From Ginglymostoma cirratum (Eukaryota), in NCBI GenBank assembly GCA_024137785.1, contig JAHRHZ010000043.1:3389275-3453274 (forward strand): a DNA stretch of 64,000 nucleotides, in the 5' to 3' direction. The notes beneath the pieces are model-generated. The model searched no databases. It saw nothing but the letters and a program-made list of their open reading frames with translations, and had not been told where the DNA came from. A program made the position numbers and the translations under genes. Positions 26,251 through 39,471 of this stretch are shown one piece after another (position 1 is the first letter of the stretch; each line of letters begins with the position of its first letter).

Positions 26251-27195
26251 ACTCCTAGTAGTGCGTCCCAGACTCCTACACCTCTCTGTGTAAAAAACTT
26301 TCTCCCTCTCACATAAAATGCATGCCCCCTAGTATTAGACATTTCAACTCTGGGAAAAAGATTCTGACGATCAACCCTATCTATGCATCTCATAATTTTA
26401 TAGCTTTCTATCAAGTCTCTCCTCAGCCTCCGCCACTCCAGAGAAAACAGCCCAGGATTTTCTAGCCTCTCCTTATAGCTCATACCCTCTAATCCAGGCA
26501 GTATCCTGGTAAACCTCTTCTGTTCCCTCTCCAAAGCCTCCAGATCCTTCCTGTAAAAGTGACCAAAATTGAATGCAATACTCTAAGTGTGGCCTAACAA
26601 AAATCTGCAACATGACATCTTGACTCTTGTACTCAATTCCCCAACCAAAAAAGGCAAGCACGCTATATACCTTCTTTACCACCCTATCTGCTTGCATGGC
26701 TACTTTCAGGGAGCTATGGACTTGAACCCCAAGATCCTTCTGTACATCAATGCTGTTCAGAGTCCTGCCATTAACTGTATACTTTTCCTTAACATTTGAT
26801 CTTCCAAAGTGAAACACCTCACACTCACCCAGATAAAACTCCACCTGCCATTTCTCCGCTCATATCCGCACCTGATCTATATCCCACTTTATCCTTTAAC
26901 AACCTTCGACACTACCCATAACTCCACTGATCTTTATATTGACTGTAACCCACCCATCTACATTTTCATCCAAGTCATTTATACATATCACAAACAGCAG
27001 AGGTCCCAGTATGGATCCCTGTGGAACACGACTAGTCACGGACCTCCAGCCAGAAAAACACCCTTCCACCAATACCCTCTGTCTTGTATGGGCAAGCTAA
27101 TTCTGAATCCATGTGGCCAAGTCACCGTGGATCCCATGCATCTTAGTCTTCTGGAATGAGCCTACCATGAGGGACCATGTCAAAAGTCTTACTCA
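26251..27195 (-). mobile_element. CR1 LINE fragment (3' end continues 25770-25937)
   Basis: Encodes CEVFHFGRSN...DLGVQVHSSLKV...RPHLEYCIQFWS. Confidence 0.88.
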
Positions 27196-27879
27196 GTAAA
27201 TAAGGGCAATGCAGGCCATTGACTGTGAGGGAGAAAGAGTTGGGATTAAATCAGAATGGAGCTGGAAGGGGAGATAAAGCACTCTACCCCCTGTGGGTGC
27301 CTACCTCTCCCTCTCTAGAGAGTGAAATTATTGGTGGACACAACATGCTCCATCTCCAAACACCCCTGGACATGAAGACGGGCAGACAGCTGGCAACTAT
27401 GATCCTCTCCATGGCCCACTGCCTGGACCTGCTAATGGCCAACGAGGCCAGGCCCAGGAGCAGATTGATGGGAGATCCTCTGACTTATTCACCCCTCCAC
27501 ACCGGATCCCCAAAGATCAGGAGCATGGGGTTGAAGTGCAATCGAAACAGAACAAAAGATGTTTCAAATGACGAAGACGGAGGTGCAACTGCCCACTGAA
27601 TTCCTAATTGAATTTTGTGATTAGCTTGTATTGATAGCCACTAGTTCTGATCTCTGCCTCCAGCTCCCCTAAAACCCAAAGCCTCACAAGTGGAAATATT
27701 TGATTGGATCACCCTCAATTTTCTTTTTTCTAGAGAAAGAAACCCCAGGCAAGTCAACCTTTCCTAATTGGTGTAACTGTAGTTGGCGTGAGTGAACTGC
27801 ATGCTGTAAAATTATTCTGTTGTCCACTTGAGGGTCTAATTGGGCTCATTCTGCAGGCTCCAGGGTCTATGTCCTCCAG

Positions 27880-28645
27880 GGGTCAGTGTGTTCTGTAGGG
27901 ACCTGTGCGTCTGCAGGGGGCTGTGTTCTGTAGGGGTTTGTGTGTCTGCAGGGAACTGTGTGTCAGTGTGTCTGCAGGGGACAGTGTGTCTGTGTGTTCT
28001 GTAGGAGGCTGTGTGTCAGTGTGTTCTGTAGGGAGGTGTGTGTCTGTGTGTTTGCAGTGGACAGTGTGTCTGTGTGTTCTGTAGGGGGCTGTGTGTCAGT
28101 GTGTTCTGTAGGGAGCTGTGTGTCTGTGTGTTTGCAGGGGACAGTGTGTGCGTGTGTGTGTCTGCAGGGGGCTGTGTGTCAGTGTGTTCTGTCGGGAGCT
28201 GTGTGTCTGTGTGTCTGTCGGGGACTGTGTGTCTGTGTGTTCTGCAGGGGGCTGTGTGTCTGTGTGTTCTGTAGGGAGCTGTGTGTCTGCAGGGGGCTGT
28301 GTGTCTCTGTGTCTGTAGGGGGCTGTGTGTCTGTGTGTTCTGCAGGGGGCTGTGTGTTCTGTAGGGGGCTGTGTGTCTGTGTGTTCTGCAGGGGCCTGTG
28401 TCTTTGTGTGTTCTGTAGGGAGCTGTGTCTCTGTGTGTTCTGTAGGGAGCTGTGTGTCTGTGTGTTCTGCAGGGTACTGTGNNNNNNNNNNGCTGTGTGT
28501 CTGTGTGTTCTGCTGGGGGCTGTGTGCCTGTGTGTTCTGTTGGGTGCTGTGTGTCTGTGTGTTCTGTAGGGGGCTGTGTGCCTGTGTGTTCTGTTGGGTG
28601 CTGTGTGTCTGTGTCTTCTGCTGGGGGCTGTGCGCTATGCGTTCT
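27880..28645. repeat. TG-rich minisatellite, unit ~26 bp (gtgtgttctgtagggggctgtgtgtct), containing a 10-N gap at 28482-28491
   Basis: More than 25 degenerate tandem copies. Confidence 0.92.
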
Positions 28646-29500
28646 GTCGGATTGAACTGGGACCTTCCCTGAGATTCTGCACATTGCTGCCACCTCCAGC
28701 TCACATTGTGTAGGTGCTCCTGCTTTTTCTTGAAGAACAAACGATAATCAAAGTGGATTCGGGGGGAATTCCGAAAGATATTCCCACTGACGATGCTCCT
28801 ATTTCCCGGCAACAGGTTGTCCTGAAGCACCATTTATTTGCTCTGAACAAAGAGGCACGTAAACAGAATGGTGATGGGTTACTGTCCTTAAACCTGCTCA
28901 AATGTCTCGCTGGTCAATATCAACTCTGAGAACAATTATTGGCAGTGACTCAGTGGGTCATAGAGTGATCTCAGTAGAGGTTCTGGAATTCAGTCCATTC
29001 TCAGGTTGGAGTGTATAATCCACACTCTGTAGCCAAAGGAATGGCCTTTCAGATAGAAAAAGAGACTTGCATTTAAAGTGGTTTTCACACCCATAAGTTG
29101 TGTCAAGATATTTTATCAGACAGTGAAAATTTATTTTCAGGTGTCCAGAGATGGTGATCGCCTAATGGTGTTATTATGGGACTAGTAATCCAGAGACCCT
29201 GGGAAATGATGGAACTTGAATTTGATAATTTTTTAATATCTGGAATTAAGATGTCTGTGAGACCCAGGGTAGGGGATTCCAAAACTAGACGGGCATAGGT
29301 TTAAGGTGAGAGGGGAAAGATTTAAAAGGGACCTAAGGGGCAACTTTTTCACACAGAGGGTGATGCGAGTATGGAATGAGCTGCCAGAGGAGGTGGAGGA
29401 GGCTGGTACAATTACAACATTTAAAAGGCATCTGGATGGGTACATGAATAGTCAAGGCTTAGAGGGATATGGTTCAAATGCAGGCAGATGAGACTAGTTA

Positions 29501-30058
29501 AGACCATAAGACCATAAGACATAGGATTGGAAGTAAGGCCATTTGGCCCATCGTGTCGACTCCGCCATTTAATCATGGCTGATGGGCATTTCAACTCCAC
29601 TTACCCGCACTCCCCCCTTAGCCCTTGATTCCTTGCGAGATCAAGAACTTATCAATCTCTGCCTTGAAGGCATTCAACGTCCCGGTCTCCACTGTGCTCC
29701 GTGGCCATGAATTCCACAGGCCCACCACTCTCTGGCTGAAGAAGTGTCTCCTCATTTCCGTTCTAAATTGACCCTCTCTAATTCTAAGGCTGTGCCCATG
29801 GGTCCTAGTATCCCCACCTAACGGAAACAACTTCCCAGCGTCCACCCTTTCTAAGCCATGCATTATCTTGTAAGTTTCTATTAGATCTCCCCTCAACCTT
29901 CTAAACTCCAACGAATACAATCCCAGGATCCTCAGCCGTTCATCGTATGTCAGGCCTACCATTCCAGGGATCATCCGTGTGAATCTCCGCTGGACACGCT
30001 CCAGTGCCAGTATGTCCTTCCTGAGGTGTGGGGCCCAAAATTGGACACAGTATTCTAA
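29501..30058 (-). mobile_element. Young CR1 3' fragment nested in the tail of another CR1 (29262-29500 / 30060-30130, + strand)
   Basis: Open ORF LEYCVQFWAPHLRKD...FFSQRVVGLWNS; (agaccata)n tail. Confidence 0.88.
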
Positions 30059-31259
30059 ATAGTTCAGTTTAGGAAACCTGGTCAGCATAGACGAGTTGGG
30101 CCGAAGGGCCCATTTTAATGCTGTATGACTGTGCAACCCTATTGTTGCAGAAAGACCCCTCTGGTTCATTAGTGTCCTTCTGGGGGAAGAGATGGGTTAC
30201 CTTACCCAGTCTGGCCTACATGTGACTCCAGAGCCACAGCGATACGGTTGAAAATTAACAGCCCTTGTGGCAATCAGGAATGGGCAATAGTGATGCCCAC
30301 ATTGCATGGATGAGTTTTTAAAAAGTCATTGTTGTAGCAAACACAACAGCCAGATTTCACACACTTCAATAACACAGTGCACAGCAGGATCCCACAAACA
30401 GCAACTGGATCCATGACCCAGTCATTCAATTTAATTGTGATAGACATAGAGGTCAGGACATGAATCAATTATTTCACACAGGAAGATCCCCACAAACATC
30501 AGCATAACGACATTTGCTTCTGCGATGTTTTATTGAGGGATAAATATTATCCAGGACACTTCTTCAAAAGATTCCCATGGGACCTTTTACATTCCCCCCG
30601 AGAGAGTAGCTGGGGGCTTCTGGTTACTGCGTCACCTGAGAGACGGTGCCACTGAGAGTGAGGCACTCCCTCAGTACTGCACTGCAGCGTCAGCCTTGTG
30701 TTTTGTGCTCAGATCTGGGAGAAGGTGTTGAACACAGAACGTTGTGTTTCAAAGGTGATGTGAGGTATTACACTGAAGCCCTGTTTGCCTCTCAGGAGAA
30801 GGAAAAGATTCCCAAACCTGCTGTTGCTTAAGAACCATGAATTGATTCTGTTCCTTTTTTATCTGGTTGGTGTTTGTGGGATCCTACTGTACACACACTC
30901 GGCACTGGGTTTTCAAACTCACTACCCAGGGAGTACACTTCGGAAAATACTTCATTGCCTGTATGGCATTTCTGGATACACTGAGTACATGAAAGATGCA
31001 ATGAAAATGCAAATTTTTTCCTACATTTGTGCATGAGTCTGACTCACCAATTTACTGTTAGCTCCAACGAAAGTAAATCTAGGGGTCAAGGGGGTCAATG
31101 AAGGCAGGAGGCAGGATGCAAATTAACTCACCCCCAACTTCTGACCTCACAGGTTCCCTGAGACACTTTCTAAAGCAGCGAGAGGCCAGGCTGATGGACA
31201 GGAATGGATCTGACTCAGACATATATGTGTGAGGTGGAGGGGGTCATTGGTGACGGGGA

Positions 31260-32230
31260 GAACTGAGGCCATAATTATTTGCAATATCTATGATTGGCTT
31301 GGATGAAGAAAGAGAACTTTCTATAAGCAGGTTTGCATGTGACACAAAAGTAGGTGGGAAAGCAGGTGGTAAGGGAATGACACAGAGAGCCTACAGAGGG
31401 AAATAGACAGGTTATGTGAGTGGGTAAAAATGCGATAGGTGGAATATAATTTGAGGAAATGTGAGGATTTGCATTTTTGTCGGGAAGAATAGAGGAGCTA
31501 AATGTTATTTAAATGGAGAAAGTATCCAGAAAGCTCCAGCACAGACAGCTTTGGGAATCCTCTTCATTGAATCACAAAATACTAGCATCCACATTCAGTA
31601 GGTACTAGAAAAGGCAAAGGGAACGGAATATAAAAGTTGGGAGGATTTGCTAAAACTGTATAAGGCACTAGTCAGACCACAGCTGGAATACTGCACACAA
31701 TTTTAGTTCTCTTATCCAATAAAAGATAGACTGGCATTGGAGGCAGTTCAGAGGAGGTTCACTAGGCAGATACCAGGTAGGGATAAGGGTCGTCATATGA
31801 GGGGAGGCTGAGTAGATTGAGCCTGTACTTATTGAAAATAGAGAAGGATGGGAAGTGACTTTATTGAAACATACATGATTCCTAGGGGGCTTGACAGGGT
31901 AGATGCAGAAATGTTGGTTCCCCTTGTGGGAGAGACTAGGGCCAGAGGACAGCATCTCTGAGTAAGGAATCACACATTTAAGACAGCGATGAGGAGGCAT
32001 TTCACCTCTCAAGGAGCTGAATCTGTGAAATTCTTTACTGCAGAGGCTGAGCCATTAAACATGTTTAAGGTCAAGATAGACAGGATTTTCATCAGTAAGG
32101 CAGTCAAGGGGGATAAGACAGGGAAGTGGAGTTGAGGATTATCAGAGCAGCCATGATCACATCGATTGGTGGAGCAGACTCAGTGGGCTGAATGGCCTAT
32201 TTCTGCTCCTATGTCACATGCTCTTATGAA
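31260..32230 (+). mobile_element. Old CR1 LINE fragment
   Basis: Decayed RT C-terminus (FADDTKVGG-like, LYKALVRPQLEYC). Confidence 0.8.
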
Positions 32231-33040
32231 GTCAGTCGGCTCAGTCTGCAGCAGGAAGTGAGGGATACAAGAGTAAGGCTGGAGGCTATCACGGCCAATT
32301 ACAATGTCACACCCACCCTCTTCCTCTCCCCACCCAACCCCCCTCAAAGCATCCCACATGAGATTGGGCAAGTGGGGACATCCTGGGGAGACGCATTGAA
32401 AGATTCTACAAGGACAGAGATGGAGGAAGTGGAACAGTGGAGAGACACAGCTCAGGACACCTGCAGCAACCTCAACTGAAAGCAACTCAATTCCACGTAA
32501 ACATTCTCATCAGGTACTCAGCCCCTGGTGCTTCAGAACAGTTAGCTGCCAGCCATGCTTTAGATAGAACTCAGTTCTTGTTCAGTAACTATTCCCTGAG
32601 TGAGACAGCTCCAGCTTGTCAGTGTTCACAGGTCAGTGGGTTTAACCTTGTCTTGTGTGCATATTCAATTGGCCAGCTCTTCAGCCAACGTCCCACCTTA
32701 CCATCCGGAATGAAGACATCAGCAACATGGAATGGCACCTTTTGCGGAGATTTCTAACCTCGCCCAGAGATGGCACACTGACTCTACCTGTTTATTCCAA
32801 CAATGCTATATTTGGCAAACCGGCTCATCATGGTAAACTTTACAACACAGAGGGGCAGTGCTCTGAGTTGAGACACCTTGATGAGAGGGTGCAGAGGTAG
32901 ATTTAGTCTGAACATCTGAACAATAAACAGCATTAGGTCATTCAGCCTCTTGAACCTGCAGTGCCAGTCAATAAGACCATGAGTGACCAGATTGTAACTT
33001 CAGATCCATATTCCCATGTATCCCTAGTCACCTTTCAATG

Positions 33041-33378
33041 CTTTACTCTGTATCTAACCCTGTGCTATGCCTGAGCTGGGAGTATTTGATAGGGACAATG
33101 TAGAAGAAGCTTTACTCTCTATCTAACCCCGTGCTGTCCCTGTCCTGGGATTGTTTCATGGGGGGAGGACACTGTAAAGAAAGCGTTACTCTGCATCTAA
33201 CCCCATGCTCTTCCTGTTCTGGGAGTGTTTGATGCGGACGGTGTAGAGGAAGTTTTACTCAGTATCTAACCCGATGCTGTCCCTGTCCTGGGAATGTTTA
33301 ATGATGACAGTATAGAGAGAACTTTACTCAATATCTAACCCAATGCTGTCCCTGTCCTGGGAACGTTTGCTGGGGATA
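33041..33378. repeat. Tandem repeat, ~70-bp unit x ~4.7 (tttactctgtatctaacccc..gctgtccctgtcctgggag..tttgatggggacagtgtagag)
   Basis: Units start at about 33042, 33111, 33185, 33254 and 33324. Confidence 0.9.
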
Positions 33379-34919
33379 CAGAATATCAGAGATGTGAAAC
33401 AGTGTGACTGCTACAATGTGTATTTCTCATTGTGATTGGTGAGCAGTTTTTCAGGGAGAAGGTGAGAAGTGACTGGAAATGTATCTGGGATGTTTTGAAC
33501 CATGAATCTAGCAGTCAGATATTTATAATTTGTTTTTAATAGTCTGAGCCAATGGCAGTTCTAGAGGCTAGTTTCAGTTTCCAAGTAAGGGTTCACAGTT
33601 ACTAATAGAATCCTGTAGCAGGCGCCTGGGACTATTTTGATGCCAGTCTAACTCTGCACTGTCATCTGTATTTATTTCATTCAAGGTTCAGATTTCTGGG
33701 AATTCTTTGTGGCTGTGTCTGGGTGCGTTGGCTGTTTTAGAGTTGGATCATTTCCCAGAGCTGGACTGTTGTAAACACTGAATGCTGAAGCTTTCTTTAA
33801 CGGTTCCTTCAGATAAAGCAGCCAGATTCCAAATTGCATTGCAGGGGCTTTGGGGAGCCATTCAATCTCCTGGTCAGTGGTGGGTCCAGGCAGCAGCAGC
33901 CCTGTCCCTCTCTCCTGAAGCACTGGCTCTCATGGGGATGAAACACTCCAAACGGAGGTGTTTGATCCTCAGCATCATCAAATCTTGTGTGCCCTCTGTG
34001 TACAGTATCACAGTGTGTTAGAGTGCAAAAGGAGGACATTCAGCCCATCATACCTCCACTACTTCATCAAGCAAAAAGCAGCATCATGACCTACTCCCAC
34101 TTTCTCCCCATACCCCTCAACACTTTGTTTAAATAACCATCCAATAACCCTCCTCAATGCCTCAATTGAGCCTGTCTCCACCCCATTTCCAGGCAGTGCA
34201 TTCCATACCCCAACTACTCACTTCATGAAAATGATATTTCGACACATCATCCCTGCTTCTTTTACACATCACTTTAAATCCATGCCCTCTCATTCTTGTT
34301 CCTTTTACAGCAGGAACACTTTCTCTACTTACTCTGTCCAGCCCGGTCCCATTTTTTGAAAAGCTCTATCAGATCTCCTCTCTCCAAGGAGAACAGTCTC
34401 AACTTCTTCAAACTATCCTCATCACTGAAGTTTCTTATTCCTCGAACCATTCTTGTAAATCGCTTCTGCGCTCTCTCCAATGCATTCACGCCCTTCCTTT
34501 CTGCAGGGGACACTAGGAGTATGTGAAACATAGAAAGTAGGAACAGGGGTAGGCCATTCAGCCCTTTAATCCTGCTCTGTCATTTAACACAACGATGGCT
34601 GATCATCCATCTCATATGCCGTTCCTGTTTTCTCCCCATATCCTACGAGCCCTTTAACCCTCTAACTTTCTGTGGAAGAGAATTCCAAAAGCACCCCACT
34701 CTCTGGATGAAGACATTTCTCTACAACACAATTTTAAATGCCTTATCCCATGGGAACCCTGGCTCTGGACTCTCCATGGTCATTGGCAATATCCTTCCTA
34801 TATCTAACCTGTCTAGTCTTGTTAGAATTTTATGGGTTTCTAGGAGATTCCCCCCTCATTCTTCTAAACTCCAGGGAACATAGTCCTAACCCTTCCAATC
34901 TCCCTCCATACGAATCATA

Positions 34920-35240
34920 GAATAGAAGCCCTACAGTGCTGAAAGAGGCCATTCAGCCCATCAAGACTTCACCGAATCTCTGAAGACTATTCCACCCAGA
35001 CCCATTCCCCCTGCCCCACCCCCATAACTTTCACAGGGTTTTTTTTAAAACCAAGGCTAAACCAACCAAGCCTGCACATCCCTAGACACGATGGAACAGT
35101 TTCCCATGGCCAATCCACCTAAACTACACATCTTTGGACTGTGGGAGGAAACCCACGCAGACACGGGGAGAATGTGCAAACTCCACACAGTCTCCTGAGA
35201 GTGGAATCAAACCTGGGTCCCATGTGCTAACCACTACGCT
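34920..35240 (-). mobile_element. HE1-type SINE, adjacent to CR1 fragments at ~34020-34910
   Basis: Reverse-complement V-domain. Confidence 0.8.
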
Positions 35241-37394
35241 ACCATACTACCCTATCCCAGGAGTCAGTCAGGTAAACCTTCATTGTTCTTGATCCAGACA
35301 GAACATTAGCTGGGGGGCTATCTCTTCAAAACAGGAAATCATTTTATCTGTGTCCCAACTTCTGCTGGGGACCAGTCCATTGCAGTGCCCCCTCCTCAGC
35401 TCAGTCTGTGGGTGCTTCAGGAATGGCCTCCTGGGTGAGACAGCAGATGGACACACTCAAAGCTTCAGGTCTGAGACAGAGCAATGGCCAACAGATAGGA
35501 CATACCCTCCACCTACAACCTTCAAAACTCACCCCCTATCCCAGGGTCTGCTGTTCAATCGAATGGGAACTAGTCGTGGAGCAGTTTGGGTGAGGGTGTC
35601 CATTGAGGGGTGTTGGGGTGGGGGGCTGTGAAACAAACCAGTGACAGGATTTGGGGGGAGACAAGAGGAGAGGGAGGTCTGTTAGCAGTGGCTGGGAGCA
35701 CCCTTCTCCTCCTGTTTTTGAGGCAACTCTAATCCTTTACTCAAACTTCCTGAGGCCTCCTGCCAAACCCAATGTGGGAGCAAGAAAAATCCCCCAGAGC
35801 CTGTTTGTATTGCCCCTCACTCGTCACCCCCATCACAGACACTGTGCAATCTGATGGTGTGGGAGTTGCTCATCGAGGGCAGGTGGGGAGGGTAGGGAGG
35901 AACATGGCTGCACCTCTCTGATTTTTCTACACCTGGGCCTTCCCAGCTACTGTTAGAGAACTCTGGGCTGTGGCTTCCAGACTGGAAGGTCAGCCTTTGC
36001 GTGTTCCAATTCGTCAAAGACCATTGGGCTCCTAGTCAGGTCATGGCTTATCTGCACCATGGCTCTCAGTTCCAGCTCCCTAAATAATTCCTCCCCTGCC
36101 TAAAAGCCAGATGGATTCTGGGTAATCCAAAATGGATGGATGGGAGAATATCAAGGCTGTGAGAGCTGCTCGTTTTTGTTTTTGAGGGTTTTTCAGTGTT
36201 GGAGCCGATTTCCTTGATTCCTTGGAGCAGTAATTACTGTTCTGTAAGCTGTTTCATTCTTTTGGAACTTTGGGGGGAAAAAAATCAAAACAACGGTACT
36301 TTAAACAGGGGTGAGACAGGCACAGAGAGAGAAAGTAACGTGCGGGAAATGCAGAGGCTGGTGCGTGTATGGAACGAGCGGCCAGCGGAAGTGGTGGAGG
36401 CTGGTATAATTACAACATTTAAAAGGCAACTGGATGTATATACGAATAGGAAGGGTTTTAGAGGGATATGGGCCAAATGCTGGCAAATGGGACTAGGTTA
36501 ATTTAGGATATCTGGTTGGCATGGACGCGTTGGACTGAAAGGTCTGGTTCTGTGCTGTACAGCTCTATGAGTCTATGACTATCTGTTATAATATTGTTTG
36601 CAGCACAGTGGCATTGTCACTGGACTAGTAATCCAGACGAGCAAGGCTAATGTTACAGAGATATAGGTTCAAATCTCACCACAGCAGTTGAGACAATTTA
36701 AATTCAATAAATTAAAGCTGGGATGTAAAGGCACTCCCAGTGATGATAAGTATGAAACTATCATCAATAACTGTAAGAATCTATCTGATCCTTTCAGAAG
36801 GTAATACGTAGTAAACTAATGGTGAAGTAGTAAGTTTATCAGGTTGGTTGTTAATTCAGAAGACAAGCTTAATAATCCAGAACAGCGTGATCTCAAATCT
36901 CTTTATAGGCACCTAAAAACCCATCTGCCCATTAAGGAAGTAAATCTGCCATCCTTACCTGGTCTGGCCTTCATGTGACTCCAGACCCACTGCAGCAATG
37001 TGGATGACTCTTAACCTCATTCTGAAATGGCCCTAACAAGGCACTCAACATTCAAGATGGCATTTCACTACCAGCTTCTCAGGGGCAATTAGGAATGGAC
37101 AACAAATGTTTGGCCTTGTAAGTGATGCCCCATACCCTTGAAAGAACGGATTTCGAACTTTGATCCTGAATCCTTTGGAGTAGAAGCAGCTTTCAGATTT
37201 GAATCGCCTGGTTGGGAGGATTGAGGGTGGCTCAGCACATGCTAGCTTCATTAGGGATTTCAAGCCTGCCAAGTTGGAGCCTCATTACAGAGGTTCAAGC
37301 CCCAAAGGCAGGCGGGTAGAGCCGGTGCCAGCATAGAAGGGGTGCTACACCGTCTGAGGCCTCAGTGGAACTGGGAACCCCACATAGGACTACA

Positions 37395-37850
37395 GCCCAT
37401 CATGTATGCACCGGTCAAAAACAACCACCTAACTATTCTAATCCCATTTTGCTGCTCTTTGCTCAGGGCCTTGTCTGCTTTGATATCAAATGCTCGTTTA
37501 AATACTTCCTCAATATAATGGAGTTTCTGCCTCTGCCCACCCCTACAGACAGTGAGTTCCAGATATCCCCTCATTCTCTGGTTGAAAATGCTTTTCCTCA
37601 CAGTCCCCTCTAAACTTTCTGCCCCTTCCTTTAAATCTATGCCCCTGGTCATTGATCCCTCCACCAAGTGGAAACGTTTCTTCCTCCCCACCCTGTCTAT
37701 GCCACTCGTCACTTTCTTCACCTCAATCATGTCCCCTCTCAATTGCCTTCGCTCTCAGGAAAGCAACCCCAGCCTGTCCACTCTCCCTTCATAGCTGAAA
37801 CTGTCCAGCCCAGACAGCATCCTAGTAAATCTCTTCTGCCCCCTCTCTCG
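37395..37850 (-). mobile_element. CR1 LINE 3' fragment
   Basis: Encodes LRGDMIEVKK...GIDRV...TRG. Confidence 0.8.
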
Positions 37851-38550
37851 TGCATCATTGAGGTGAGATATTAAACCCAGGAGCCTACACACTGTTTCAG
37901 GTAGATATGAAGGATTTCATAGCCATTATTTTCAGTCAGGAACAGGAGTCCTTCCCTTGGACTGGGCCAATATTTTTCCCTCAACCAATACCAGGAAAAT
38001 CTGGTTCAGTGCTTCTCAACACTTTTCTCCCACATAACAAGGTGGGGAGCTGGATGAACACAGCAGGCCAAGCAACATCAGAGGAGCAGGGAAGCTTGAC
38101 GTTTCGGGCCTAGACCCTTCATCCACACCCTCATTTTGTGATTTGAAAATTTGTTGAGCCCTAAGTGAGAACGGAGAGAGCCGGCGCACAGTTGTTAGAA
38201 CTCAGTCAGACTTCCATCCGTGATCACTGCTGCTTCTGAGTTCATAACCCCCCAGATTTCAATTTCTGACCCTGTGAGAGGTTCTGAACTCCACTTGGGA
38301 CACAGCCCATCTTCACTCCAGTGAAATATCTGGAATCTTGCTGTGCATAAAACTAGCTACACTGTTTCTAACACTAATATTGCAGAGATGCTTATAAAGT
38401 ATTTCATTGGTCATAAAACCCTTCAGGACATCCTGAGATGATGAAAGGGTCTGCCACAGAAATGCAAGTGTTTCTTCTCTCATTAGGACCAAGAGATGGA
38501 TGCTCAGACAGGATTCACTTTCTTACGAACACACAGTCAGCAACAACAAA

Positions 38551-38556
38551 TTTAAT
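38551..38556 (-). terminator. Putative polyadenylation signal (ATTAAA) of the Ig-CAM gene
   Basis: ATTAAA on the minus strand ~720 nt after the stop, followed by GT-rich tttgttgttgctgactgtgtgtt. Confidence 0.45.
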
Positions 38557-39274
38557 AACACTGTCTTTTTAAAAAATATTTCTATAGAGATTTTGGAACT
38601 ATAAACGTTATTTCAGCAACCATACTTGGCATTTATATAGCGCCTTTAAAGGAGCAACCAACCCAAGGTGTTTCACAGGAAGCATTATAGAATACATGAG
38701 CCATATCAGGTGACCAGGAGCTCAGTCAATGGCCAAGGTATTCAGGAGCATCTTAAAGGGAGAGCGAGAGTGAGAGAAAGTGAGAGAGAGAAAGGGAGGG
38801 CGAGAGAGCGGGAGGGCGAGAGAGCGAGAGGGAGGGCGAGCGGTGAAAGGTTTAGGAATGGAACTCCAAAGCCCAACAACTCAACAGCTGAATGCATGGC
38901 ACCAAGACGGCAGGGACTAAAACCAGGAATACGTAAGAGCCCAGGATTGAGAAGGGGTTTGAGGGTTAGAGAGTTCAGAGGGTAATAAAACAGAAAAGGG
39001 ATGGGCCATGAAATAATCGAGTAACAAAGATACGAGCTTTTCACATTGACACCATGCTGAACTGGGAACCAGCATATGTCACTGAAGCAGCGCCATCCCC
39101 TAAGTTTGAATTTGTACAGTATATTTGTTCTTTGGAAAGTTTCAGTGTGGTATTTCGACAGCTCAGCTGATTATTTTTCAGCATTTTGTGATTAAAGTAG
39201 ATAATCTGCACCATAGCCACCTGACCCATGGCCACCACCCTCAACTCCTGGGGGGCCCCCACAGTGCAAAAGCT

Positions 39275-39471
39275 TCAGCAAGGACTTGACTGTGTGGGGG
39301 CATTCGGTGGGATTTTTGAAGATCTGTTCTCTGACGTCAAAGCGTTCCCTTGAATCAGATCCTTGAAGAGCCGTTTACGAGTTAAATAAAACAAAACTCC
39401 AATCCCCAGAAAACTTGCTAGAGGGACACAGAGACCGAGAATGACAGCTCCCTGGTCAGGCTTCACTGTAA
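39275..39471 (-). CDS. Exon 8, transmembrane helix and cytoplasmic tail, with stop codon
   Basis: Acceptor ttctttctgtttgcag|. Encodes the hydrophobic helix AVILGLCVPLASFLGIGVLFYL, then RKR stop-transfer, and ends ...TQSSPC*. TGA at 39277-39275. Confidence 0.88.

Noticed and set aside
27219-27599. 126-aa and 185-aa (48049-48606) ORFs in non-obvious sequence
   Set aside because: No recognisable domain, no convincing splice sites and non-ATG starts. Likely old repeat remnants.
27940-28693. Cys/Val-rich or Thr/His-rich ORFs, including a possible mucin-like exon (TQPPTEHTD repeats) for a MAdCAM-type protein
   Set aside because: They are translations of a TG-rich minisatellite, open in many frames. 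The region lies 3' of the TM/stop exon, so it cannot supply an extracellular mucin stalk.
33041-33378. CRISPR-like array
   Set aside because: The DNA is eukaryotic, and the whole unit is homologous between copies, with no unique spacers and no cas genes.
33686-33781. Frame VQISGNSLWLCLGALAVLELDHFPEL, which recalls a MYCBP2 segment (LWLALASLCVLDQDH, from memory)
   Set aside because: The match is short, is followed at once by a stop, would need a non-canonical or weak upstream donor, and no other MYCBP2-like exons were seen. Probably chance.
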